Origin: Anaeramoeba ignava BMAN
Lineage: Eukaryota; Protista; Anaeramoebae
Length of the DNA: 64,000 nucleotides
Reading direction: 5' to 3'
NCBI GenBank assembly: GCA_028826165.1
Contig: JAPDFW010000063.1
Location: 1,379,719 to 1,443,718, forward strand
Shown here: one piece after another, positions 11,340 through 23,559 of the stretch
Numbering within the stretch: position 1 is the first letter of the stretch
Layout: every line of letters starts with the position of its first letter
Made by a program: the position numbers and the translations under genes
Notes under the pieces: model-generated
The model's database searches: none
What the model was told of the DNA's origin: nothing
Seen by the model: only the letters and a program-made list of their open reading frames with translations

Positions 11340-13178
11340 ATGAATGATTGTTTATTTTTTGGTCGAAATTATTCTCCAAAACTTATCAAAAATGAACCAA
11401 ATTCAATAAAAAAACCAATTCAATTTAAATTTGAAAATGAAAATGAAAAACAAATTAAACAAATTTCAACAGGAAAGCTTTCAACAATTTTCCTTTTTAA
11501 AAATGGAAAAGCAATAGAATATTTAAATGAAAAATATTCAAAACAAAATCCTAAAAAAATTGAATTTGAAAATATTCAAAAAGTAACTGTTGGTTATGAA
11601 GATGAAGCTATTTTAACAAAAGAAGGAAATGTATTTGCAAAAGGAGAAAATATTAGTTCACATTACCAAAAATATCCAGATAAATTTATCAATATTTCAT
11701 CATTAATTGAAGATCCAAATGATAGAATAATTGAAGATATTGTTTCTGGAGGAAGTTCAATTTACTTATTAACTTCAAATCAAAATGCTTATGGAATTGG
11801 ATCAAATAGATCTTGTCAACTTGGTTTAGATTATGAAACACTTAAAAAAGCAGAAAAACCAATTTTAATGATGAAAAATGTTTCTAAAATATTTTCAGGA
11901 AATAATGCTTTTCATGCCTTTCTTTTAAATTCAAATCAAGAACTATTTGGATGCGGAGATACTCTTTTTTATCGACTTAAATTGAAAAATCCAAAAGAAT
12001 TAACTCAAATCAAAAAAATTCCAAAAGGCAAAATAATTGATATTAAATGTGGATATTATCACATAATAATTCTAATTCAAGACAAAAAAGAAAAAGAAAA
12101 AGAAAGCCAAAATCCAAAAAGAAGACTTTATTCATGTGGGAGTCATATTTATAATGGAATTGGGAAGTTTGAGGATGTAAGTAAATTTACTGAAATCAAA
12201 TCACCTTTATTTGAAAACGATGATATTCTTGATTTTTCTGTTGGAAGTTCACATACTTTGATTTTAACATCTAAAGGAAAATGGATAGGATTTGGAAGTA
12301 GTTCCTCTGGTGAATTAGGAACTGAAAATACAAAAAATCAATATTTTCCAATTCAAATTGAATTTCCTAAATTAAGATTTAATGAAAATATTTCTAATTA
12401 TCATATCTCTTGTGGATATAATAACACATTTCTTTATTATTCTCCTCCTTCTTTTTTTAATCTTGAAGAAGATTTGATAAAATTATTTGAAAGAAAAGAA
12501 TTTTGTGATATTTCATTTAAAACCAAAAATGGAGAAATAATTGAAGCTCATAAATTAATATTGAAATATAGATTAAAAGAAAAAGAAATGATTGATTATC
12601 TTCAAGAAATTATTTCAAAAAAATCAATTAAAGAATCAAATCAAATATTTGAAATGATTTATTCAAATAATTCTGAAATAAATCCAAAATTATATTCTGA
12701 AATTAAAGAAATTATAAATTACAATGAAAAAATTGAAGAAACAATGAAAAGAATTTATTTAAATGAAAATGAAAATGAAAAAGATTTTATAATTGAAAGA
12801 AAAGAAAAACAATATAAATTTCCAAAATTAATATTAATAATGAGAAGTGAATTATATCGAGGAATGTTTTTATCTGTAACAGAAGATACTTCTAATAAAG
12901 TTACAGATTATAGTGAATTAAGTGATGAATCATTTCAAATATTTGAATATTGGATTTATTCAAATCAAATTAAAGATGAAATTCAAATTACACAAGAAAT
13001 TATTGATGAAATTCAAATTGGAATTGATTATTTTCAATTAAATCAAACAAATCCAAATTTATTTGATTTATTAATTAACAAATTTAATAATCAAAATCAA
13101 AATCAAAATCAAAATCAAAATCAAAATCAAAATCAAAATCAGAAAGAAAATGAAAATGAAAAATGTTCAATTTTTTAA
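11340..13178 (+). CDS. RCC1-BTB-BTB protein, copy 7, with (QN)n linker and C-terminal CaaX (CSIF)
   Basis: Intact 612-aa ORF ending ...QNQKENENEKCSIF*. Confidence 0.9.
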   Translation: MNDCLFFGRNYSPKLIKNEPNSIKKPIQFKFENENEKQIKQISTGKLSTIFLFKNGKAIEYLNEKYSKQNPKKIEFENIQKVTVGYEDEAILTKEGNVFAKGENISSHYQKYPDKFINISSLIEDPNDRIIEDIVSGGSSIYLLTSNQNAYGIGSNRSCQLGLDYETLKKAEKPILMMKNVSKIFSGNNAFHAFLLNSNQELFGCGDTLFYRLKLKNPKELTQIKKIPKGKIIDIKCGYYHIIILIQDKKEKEKESQNPKRRLYSCGSHIYNGIGKFEDVSKFTEIKSPLFENDDILDFSVGSSHTLILTSKGKWIGFGSSSSGELGTENTKNQYFPIQIEFPKLRFNENISNYHISCGYNNTFLYYSPPSFFNLEEDLIKLFERKEFCDISFKTKNGEIIEAHKLILKYRLKEKEMIDYLQEIISKKSIKESNQIFEMIYSNNSEINPKLYSEIKEIINYNEKIEETMKRIYLNENENEKDFIIERKEKQYKFPKLILIMRSELYRGMFLSVTEDTSNKVTDYSELSDESFQIFEYWIYSNQIKDEIQITQEIIDEIQIGIDYFQLNQTNPNLFDLLINKFNNQNQNQNQNQNQNQNQNQKENENEKCSIF

Positions 13179-13459
13179 AAGAAATAATTAATTAAATTAA
13201 AAGAGGAATTGATTATTTCCAATTAAATCAAACAAATCCAAATTTATTTCAAATTTATTTAAAGAAAAATTAAAAAGAAAAATTAAAAAAAAAAAACAAA
13301 ATTTTTGATTTGTTTAGTTTTCGCATTTTATTTCCAAAAAGAATTTATTTTATTTTTTCATTTTTTTTTCATTTTTCTTCATTTTTTTTTCTCTTTGAAA
13401 AGTTTTTTTTTTGTTTTATTAATTTTTTTATTGAAAAGAATACTCAAAAAAATTTTAAA

Positions 13460-16400
13460 ATGGAAAATGAAAATTTAAATGAAAATGAAAATGAAAATGA
13501 AAATGAAAATGAAAATGAAAATGAAAATGAAAATGAAAATGAAAATGAAAATGAAAATTTAAATCAAAATGAAAAAATTGTTTTAGAAAGTTTTCATGAA
13601 AAACCAGCAATTGAAATTCAAAGAGTTTTTCGAGGATTTCTTTCAAGAAAAAGAGTTAAAAGTGGTATGAAAATCAAAATTAAAAAAAAATTTAAATTGA
13701 AAAAAAAAATGGAATTTTTCTTTTTATTTCAATTTTATAAGATGAATTTAAAAAAGCGAGAAGAAGAAACTTAGCAATTTCCGAATTAATTGCTACAGAA
13801 GAAAGTTATCTTCAACACCTTTACATTACAATCAATTATTATTACAATCCATTAAAGAAAAAAAAAATATTAAAATCCCAAATAATTCGAGAAATTTTTT
13901 CAAATGTTCAAATTATTTGGCAAGTCAACTCAATTCTTCATGAGAAACTACTTGAAAGAAAGCATAGCAGAAATTTGTTTTGCTATGGAGATGTTCTCGC
14001 GGATTATGTACCTGTCCTTATTAAGCCTTATAGCGATTATGTTAATAATTATAATAATGCCATTTCACTTCTTGAAAAGTTCTCAAAACATAGTTCTTTT
14101 TCTCGATTTTTGGAACAAATTTTAGAAATACCTCAGGTAATGAACCTTCAATTATCTGCGTTGTTAATCACGCCTGTGCAGAGAATTCCTCGATATGTTC
14201 TTCTTTTTCATGTAAATTGGCTGATCAAAAAACAAATACCCAAATTTTTTTCTTTTTTTTATGATTTTTGATTATAAAATTAAATGGTTGTTTTATAAAT
14301 AGGAAATTGTGCAAAATACTGAAAAAGAGAATCCAGATTATTTGCACTTTTCAAATGCATTAACAAAAGTGAAGGAAGTTGCAGAAGAAGTTAATAAAAG
14401 TAAAGAAGAATTTGAAAACCTTTCCATTCTTAGAAAAAATTCAATCAAGATTTCGTCAAGACGAACAAGTAGTAAGTATTATTTGGCACATTGTACCGCT
14501 CAATTCACGGAGTGTTTAATTTTTTGCTCTGATTTTTTTGTGTTGATTCAATAGGATTTAGCAGTTGTGGGAAGAACCTTTCTTTTGGAAAAGAAAATAC
14601 AAATGGATGATACTGTAAATCGCAGGAAATATATTATGTTTGTTTTCTCGGATATGATCCTCTTTGCCAAAAAACGCACCACTGATGGCAAGCTTTTCTC
14701 CAGACACTTTATATCAATGAGGGATGTTAAAATGGCTCTTGGAAAAGAAATTCAATTCTCTTTATATATTTCTCCTCATTTTCTTCTGATCTGCAAAGAT
14801 GATAATGAAAAGAAAGAGATGATGAGTTTAATCATTAATGCAATGAATGAATTTCATGAAACAGAAAAATATTTAAAAGGTGAATAAATTTTTCTTTTTT
14901 TTTTGAATAATTTTTTTTGACATTTTTTTTTGATATTTTTTTAGATACAATTTCTTGGAAAAGAATACCTGCTCAAGGAGAAGAAATTCCTCCAGGATTA
15001 AGTGGAAGTTCTTGCTGTATTATTGATGAAAAATTATATATATTTGGAGGTGAACGTAATAAAAGAGCTTATTCAAATAAAATGTATTGCTTTGATTTAA
15101 AAGAGTCGAAATGGATCAAATTAAATATTCAAGGTCAACCCCCTTGTCCAAGATCTTTTCAGTCAGTTTCTTCAATCTCTTCCTATATTTTCGTATTTGG
15201 TGGTTCTGATAATAAACAAAGATATGGAGATCTTCATATTCTTTTAACAGGTAAAAAAAAATTTATTCATTTAAAAAAAAAGTGTCAAAAAAAAAATTTT
15301 TTTCACCTTTTTTTTTTCCAATTTAAAATTAATTTTAAAAAATTTTTTTCTTCTTTTTAGATTCAATGGAATGGATTAATAACCCAGAAACAACAGGCGA
15401 ACCACCAACACCACGTTCAGGGCACTCTCAAGCTGTATTAATGAATCAATTATGGATTTTTGGAGGAAGAGGAAGTGATGATTCTTTTCTTGATGATCTT
15501 TATTTATTAGATTCAAATACATATTGTTGGTTTCATATTTTAACAAATATTGATGCACCAAGTCCATCTCCTAGAAGTTGGCATACAACTACTTTTATTG
15601 GATCCTCTTTAGTTTTGTTTGGTGGTGCTATTTTTTCGAAATCTTTACAAGATTTGTGGATATTTAATACAGGTATTAATTAAATCAAATCAAATCAAAT
15701 CAAATTAAATTAAATTTAAAATCAAATCAAATTCTAAATCAAATTCAAATTCAAAATCAAATCAAATAAAATCAAATTCAAATAAAATCAAATCAAATCA
15801 AATCAAATCAAATCAAATCAAATTAAATTCAAATCAAAATCAAATAAAATCTAAATCAAATCAAATTTAAAATCAAATTAAATTTAAAATCAAAACCAAA
15901 TCAAAATCAAATAAAATCAAATAAAATCAAAATCAAAATTAAATCAAATTCAAATTAAATCAAATAAAATCAAATAAAATCAAATTAAATCAAAATCAAA
16001 TCCAATTTAAAATCAAAATCAAATCAAATTTAAAATCAAATTAAATTCCAAATTAAATAAAATTAAATCAAATTAAATTAAATTAAATTTAAAATCAAAT
16101 TAAAATCAAATTTAAAATCAAATTAATTAAATCAAATCAAATTAATTAAATTAAATCAAATTTAAAATCAAATCAAATTCAAATCAAAATCAAATAAAAT
16201 CAAATCAAAATTAAAATCAAATAAAATCAAATTCAAAATTAAAATCAAATTAAATCAAATCCAAATCAAATTAAATTTAAATTAAATCAAATTAAATCAA
16301 ATCTAAAATTAAAATCAAATTAAATCAAATTCAAAATCAAATCAAATTTAAAATCAAATCAAATTAAATTAAATTAAATTTAAATTAAATTTAAAATCAA

Positions 16401-19400
16401 ATCAAAATCAAAATCAAAATCAAATTTAAAATCAAATCAAATTTAAAATCAAATTCAATTAAATTAAATTTAAAATCAAAATCAAATCAAATTTAAATTA
16501 AATTTAAAATCAAATCCAATTTAAAATCAAAATCAAATAAAATTCAAAATCAAATTTAAAATAAAATCCAAATCAAATCAAATTTAAAATCAAATCAAAA
16601 TCAAAATCAAAATCAAATTTAAAATCAAATTAAATTAAAATTAAATTAAATCAAATTAAATCAAAATTAAAATCAAAATCAAATTAAATTAAATCAAATT
16701 AAATTAAATCAAATTAAATAAAATCAAAATCAAAATTAAATTTAAAATCAAATCAAAATCAAATAAAATCAAATCAAAATTAAAATCAAATAAAATCAAA
16801 TCAAAATCAAATAAAATCAAATTAAATTTAAAATCAAATTAAATTAAATTTAAAATCAAATTAAATTAAATTTAAAATCAAATTAAATTAAATTTAAAAT
16901 CAAATTAAATTAAATTTAAAATCAAATTAAATTAAATTTAAAATCAAATTAAATCAAATCAAAATCAAAATCAAATTCAAATCAAATCAAAATCAAATTC
17001 AAATAAAATCAAATTAAATCAAATTAAATTAAATTTAAAATCAAAATCAAATTTAAAATCAAATCAAATTCTAAATCAAATTCAAATTCAAAATCAAATT
17101 CAAATAAAATCAAATTTAAAATCAAATCAAATCAAATCAAATCAAATCAAATCAAATTAATTAAATTAAATTTAAAATCAAATCAAATTAATTAAATTAA
17201 ATTAAATCAAATTCAATCAAAATCAAATCAAATTAAATTAAATTAAATTCCAAATTAAAATCAAATCAAATCCAATTTAAAATCAAAATCAAATAAAATT
17301 CAAAATCAAATTTAAAATAAAATCCAAATCAAATCAAATTTTAAATCAAATTCAAAATAAAATCCAAATCAAATAAAATCAAATCAAATTTAAAATCAAA
17401 TTAATTAAATCAAATCAAATCAAATTAAATTTAAAATCAAATCCAATTTAAAATCAAATCAAATCAAATCAAATCAAATTCAAATCAAATTTAAAAAAAA
17501 GAAACTGGAGAATGGAAAGAAGCCCAAGCAGAAGGAGAAAAACCACCACCTAGATTTACACATTCAGCAAACCTTGTTGGAAAAAAACTATTTATTATTG
17601 GCGGCAAAACAGCAATGAGTAACCATAATGATGCCTACTATCTCGACTTGGAGGATTTCACATGGAATCTAGTCAACGAACATGGCGAGAAATCCATATC
17701 ACGTGCGCGTCATACAGCAATAACTCTTGATAACAAACACATCATTTATTTTGGAGGAGAAGCTGAATCCAAAAAATTTGATTTTTTACACATCATAGAT
17801 ATATCATATTCACAAGGAATTATAAGCAAAAGAAAGCAAAGAGCTCATGAACAAAAATTATACGAGCAACTGTTCCAAAAAGAACGAGAGGAAATGAAAA
17901 AAAGAATATATGAAGATGATTCAAGTACGAATGACACAAGTGATCAATTTAATCCTTCCCAAAATACAGAACCCAGTGATTCTTTGATAAGTGATTCCGG
18001 GGATAGAACCGATGACGAAGATACAGACAGCACAGGCAACTCAGGCTTGTCTATTAAGAACCAAATACAACTAGATACGCAAATGCCCAAAAATGAGAAA
18101 TATGGGATCAAAAAAGAATTTCCTAAAGAAAAGAAAACTATCAAAATGCACAACGTTGCTGCTCAACAACAACCCGTCTTCGACTCTTTACTGTCTCAGC
18201 TCAGACAATCAATGGACGAGAAAGACAAATCATTGACTTTGACTATGAAACGATTGAAAAAATGGAAACCATCACGTCAAATCCATCCACTCCCTAAAAA
18301 TATCCACAAATCTCGTAGAAACTCGTTCTCACAAAATTTTGAGTCTATTGTCTTTTTTAGATCTTTTCATAATTTTCCTTCTCGTTCCAGAAAAAGATGG
18401 TCACTTCCTTCATGGTTCAGTTCCCAGAATTCAGAAATACACTCCAAAAAATCTTCACAACTTCAATCAACTCTATCCAAAAAACCCAATATCAAAAAAT
18501 TTTTTGCAAAAACAAAAACAAAAACAAAAACAACTCCCAAAAATTCGTTAAGAGCAAAAAGTGGATTGAATCATAAATCGCAACTCAACTCAAATGGGAA
18601 ATCTTCTCAAAATCGAAAAATTCACTTAAATCTCAAAATTCCAACGAAAACAAAAAAAAAGGCACTTCCACCACTTCCACCTAAAAAAACATCACCAAAT
18701 TCATCAAATCTATCAAATTCTGCACCAAAACCTCTGACAAAAACATATTCACAACAATCACTCCCTAGTTTTGAACAAAAAAGTTTAAATTTATTTAGTA
18801 CTCCTTTCACAAAAAAAGTGGAACGTCCTTTTGTTTCTCCAAAAACTTCTTTTGTTCCAAATATAGCAATAAAAACAACAGATTCTATCAATATAAAATC
18901 ACCAAACATTCAAAATTCAGAACAACCCTCTTTGCGTTCACATTCAAAAAAGCTTCCACGACCCAAAAAAGCAGCACCCAAATTAACATCAACCCAAAAT
19001 GAAAATCAAATTCAAAATCAAATTCAAAATCAAAATGAAAATGAAAATGAAAATCAAATTCAAAATCAAATTCAAAATGAAAATGAAAATGAAAATGAAA
19101 ATGAAAATCAAATTCAAAATGAAAATCAAAATCAAAATGAAATTCAAAATCAAAATCAAAATCAAAATCAAAATCAAAATCAAAATGAAATTCAAAATCA
19201 AAATCAAAATGAAATTCAAAATCAAAATCAAAATGAAAATCAAATTCAAAATCAAATTCAAGATCAAATTAAAAATCAAATTCCAATTCAAAATCAAATT
19301 CAAAATCAAATTAAAAATCAAATTCAAAATCAAATTCCAAATCAATCAAAAAGCCTTTCTTTACCTCAAAATACAGGACAAAATATTGCTCATTCAGCAC

Positions 19401-19966
19401 CATCTGTCCGTAAAACAAGAAGAAGAGCCCAATTAGTTTCCAAGCTCTCGAAATATCAAACACTCGATAGATCTGAATTAAGAAAAAATTTTCCTCAATT
19501 CCAAAAAAATAACAAAACTCAAAATGAAAGCGCAAATCCAATTCAAACTCAAAATAAAAATCATCTTAAACAAAAGCTCCAATTTGATCAAACCAATCCA
19601 AAAGATGAGAAAAAAAAACTAAATCCAAATAGGTTAAATCAATTTGAAAAGAATTTGCAACAATTTGAGAAAAATCAAACATTAATTTCAACGACTCAAG
19701 ATCCAAAAAAAAATCAAAATTTGATTTCAAAAAAAGAAAATGAGCAAAACCAAAATGAACAATATTTAAATGTTTCTCAAAGTAATGAAAAAAAACCACC
19801 TGAAAGACCTTTAAAAAAGCCTCCTCAAAAGCCTTTACAACAACCTCCTCAAAAACCTTTACAAAATTTATATGAAAATTTACCTCCAAAACTCCCACCA
19901 AGACCAACTAAATCTAAGAGGAATTTAATTTCAAGAGAACTTCCAAAACCTCCTCAACAAAAATAA
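13460..19966 (+). CDS. Multi-exon RhoGEF: IQ motif - DH - PH - Kelch repeats - long disordered Pro/Gln/Asn-rich tail
   Basis: IQ: IQRVFRGFLSRK; DH: ELIATEESYL, LLITPVQRIPRYVLL; Kelch: LYIFGG, PCPRSFQS, PTPRSGHS, PRSWHT, PRFTHSA; intron 15673-17501 joins in frame (FNT|ETGEW). Confidence 0.8.
15673..17501 (+). repeat. 1.83-kb GT-AG intron filled with (AAATC/AAATT/AAAATC)n
   Basis: GT at 15673, AG at 17500-17501; interior appears to be A/T/C only. Confidence 0.85.
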
Positions 19967-19997
19967 TTTAAATTTTATATCATTTTCTTTTTATTTT

Positions 19998-20345
19998 TCA
20001 ATTCAATGCAATCCAATTTTCAATTCAATATTCAATTCAATGCAATCCAATATTCAATTTAATCCAATATTCAATTCAATTCAATTTAATTCAATTCAAT
20101 ATTCAATTCAATATTCAATATTTAATATTCAATTCAATTTAATATTCAATTCAATATTTAATATTCAATTTAATTCAATATCCAATTCAATTCAATTCAA
20201 TTCAATTTAATTTAATTCAATTCAATTCAATATTCAATTCAATATTCAATTCAATTCAATTCAATTCAATTCAATTCAATTCAATTCAATTCAATTCAAT
20301 TCAATTCAATTCAATATTCAATTTAATATTCAATTCAATATCCAA
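19998..20345. repeat. (TTCAA)n / ATATTCA degenerate microsatellite, intergenic
   Basis: Direct reading. Confidence 0.9.
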
Positions 20346-20684
20346 TTTGTTTTTTACACTTTCTTTTTTAAAAAATTACTTAATTTTACTTTATGATTAA
20401 ATTCATTAAATCAAATCAAATTAAAAAAGGAGAATTTTTATATTTTGTTTTATTTTGTTTTATTTTGTTTTTTTTTAAAAAAGTGGAACAAAGAAAATTT
20501 TTCCTTTTTTCCTTTTTTCCTTTTTTTTTTCCACTTTTTTTTTTTTAATTAAAAATGTTTATTTTGCTTTGATAATATTTTAAAAAAATAAAAATAAAAA
20601 TAAGTCAATGTTAGAACTGTCGAATTCCAAAAAAAATAAAACAAAAAAAAATTTAAATAAAAAAAAGGAAAAAAAGAATTCATT

Positions 20685-20715
<31 letters not shown>

Positions 20716-20724
20716 ATTTTTAAA

Positions 20725-23368
20725 ATGAGTTTCGATTACTTATTTAAAGTAATTATTTTTGGTGATTCGGCTGTTGGTAAAACATCTTTAATTAACAGAT
20801 ATGTTGTAAATATTTTTTTATTTATTTGCTTTTTGATCCTTTTTTAAAAAAAAACAATTAAAATTTAATTAAAAAAAAAAATCAATTAGGATAATACTTT
20901 TTTTACTGAAGTTCCTCCAACTTTTGGGGTTGAATTTGTAAGTAAAATTAAAAAAAAAACGAAATTCCATTCTTTTTTTTTTTTTTATTCTTTTTTTTAT
21001 TCTTTTTTTTTTTTTTATTCTTTTAAAAAAATTAATAAAAATTTTTAGAAAACCAAAGATCTTCAAAATGAAAGAGAAACAACAAGACTTCAATTAGTAA
21101 TTAAATTAAAAATATAAAATCATAAAAAAAAAATTTTTTTTAATTTAAATTTTTAAATTAATTTTTTAAATGGAATTTTTTTTTTTCTTTTTTTGCCCAC
21201 AAAAAAAATAAATAAAATTAAAATAATAAAAAAAAAAGTGGGACACAACTGGACAAAATGATTGTCGTATACCTTTTACTTCATCGATTTACAAGTAAAT
21301 TAAATTAAAAATTAAATTAAAAATTAAATTAAAAATTAAATTAAAAATTTTTTAATTTTTTTTTTCTTTTTAAAAAATAAACAAAGAAATGCACATGGAA
21401 TCTTAATTGTTTTTAGTCTTATAGATGAAAAAAGTATCCAGGAAATTGAATACTTTATTCGAGAAATTGATGACTATTGTACTGATAAGATTGAAATTAT
21501 TCTTGTTGGAAATAAATCAGATCTTCCAAATCAAATTTCAAATGTTGAAGAACTTGTGAAAGTAAACATTTTTATTTCTAAAATTTAATTTAAAAATAAT
21601 ATTTAATTCCAAAATAATATTAAATTTAAAAATAATATTTAAATTCAAAAACATTATTTAATTTAAAAATAATATTTAATTCAAAAATATTATTTAATTT
21701 AAAAATAATATTTAATTTAAAAATATTATTTAATTTAAAAATAATATTTAATTTAAAAATAATATTTAATTTAAAAATAATATTTAATTCAAAAATAATA
21801 TTTAATTCAAAAATAATATTTAATTCAAAAATAATATTTAATTCAAAAATAATATTTAATTCAAAAATAATATTTAATTCAAAAAATATTTAATTTTAAA
21901 AAAATAATATTTAATTTAAAAATAATATTTAATTCAAAAATAATATTTAATTCAAAAATAATATTTAATTTAAAAATAATATTTAATTTAAAAATAATAT
22001 TTAATTTAAAAATAATATTTAATTTAAAAATAATATTTAATTTAAAAATAATATTTAATTTAAAAATATTATTTAATTTAAAAATAATATTTAATTTAAA
22101 AATAATATTTAATTTAAAAATAATATTTAATTTAAAAATATTATTTAATTTAAAAAAAATAATATTTAATTTAAAAATAATATTTAATTTAAAAATAATA
22201 TTTAATTTAAAAATAATATTTAATTTAAAAATAATATTTAATTTAAATTTAAAAATAATATTTAATTTAAAAATAATATTTAATTTAAAAATAATATTTA
22301 ATTTAAAAATAATATTTAATTTAACTAAAAATAATATTTAATTTAAAAATAATAATATTTAATTTAAAAATAATATTTAATCTAAAAATAATATTTAATT
22401 CAAAAATAATATTTAATTTAAAAATAATATTTAATTCAAAAACATTATTTAATTTAAAAAAATAATATCTAAATTAAAAATAATATTTAATTTAAAAATA
22501 ATATTTAATTTAAAAATAATTAATTCCAAAATAATTAATTTAAAAATAAATTTATTTAATTTAAAAAAAATAATTTAATTTCAAAAATAATATTTAATTC
22601 CAAAATAATATTTAATTCCAAAATAATATTTAATAATTTAAAAATAATATTTAAATTTAATTTAAAAATAATATTTAATTTAAAAATAATATTTAATTCA
22701 AAAATAATATTTAATTCAAAAATAATATTTAATTCAAAATAATATTTAATTCCAAAAATAATATTTAATTCAAAAAATAATATTTAATTCAAAAATAATA
22801 TTTAATTTAAAAATAATATTTAATTCCAAAAATAATATTTAAAAAATAATATTTAATTCAAAAAATATTTAATTCAAAAAATAATATTTAATTTAAAAAT
22901 AATATTTAATTCAAAAATAATATTTAATTCAAAAATAATATTTAATTTAAAAATAATATTTAATTTAAAAATAATATTTAATTTAAAAATAATATTTAAT
23001 TTAAAAATAATATTTAATTCCAAAATAATATTTAATTCAAAAATAATATTTAAATTCAAAAACATTATTTAATTTAAAAATATTATTTAATTTAATAATA
23101 TTTAAATTCAAAAACATTATTTAATTTAAAAATATTATTCAATTTTTATTAGGAACATGAATTGAGCCATGATTTTAAAATTTTCAAAACAAGTGCTTTA
23201 GATGGATCAAATGTTTCAACTATGTTTGAATATTTAACTGAACAAATGAAATTGAAAAATCCAAAAACTCAAAGAAACATCCAAAAGCGAACTGATGATG
23301 ATGATATAATAAAAATAGGAGGAGATAAAGTTCCTGAAATTCATAAAGAAAAAAGAAAATGTTGTTAA
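20725..23368 (+). CDS. Divergent Rab GTPase (6 exons), C-terminal CC prenylation motif
   Basis: Spliced: GDSAVGKT, PTFGVEF, WDTTGQ, LVGNKSDL, KTSAL, ends KRKCC*. Exons 20725-20805, 20890-20937, 21049-21096, 21239-21294, 21387-21561, 23153-23368. Confidence 0.88.
21562..23152 (+). repeat. 1.59-kb intron filled with ~18-bp minisatellite AAAAATAATATTTAATTY
   Basis: GT 21562, AG 23151-23152; in-frame join LVK|EHEL. Confidence 0.85.
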
Positions 23369-23559
23369 TTTTCTTTGTTTCTCTTTTGATTTTTCTTTAT
23401 TTTTCTTTATTTTCTTACTAAAAAAAAAAACTCTTTTTTCCGATTTCCAATTAAAAAGTGAAATAAAAAAAAATTGAATTTGAAATTTGAAATTGTTTAT
23501 TTTTGAAAAAGAAAAGTCTATTTGAAAAAAAAAAAAGAAAAAAGAATTTAAAATTTAAA

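Noticed and set aside
10711-11379. ORFs of ILILIL/FNFDF type (also 22874, 28403, 42143, 48239, 55535, 58433 and similar)
   Set aside because: Translations of stop-free microsatellite frames lying in introns or spacers
1-13178. Diversity-generating retroelement or CRISPR-like mechanism behind the variable loops
   Set aside because: No reverse transcriptase, template repeat, cas gene or repeat-spacer structure; variation is spread over all blades and fits paralog divergence plus conversion
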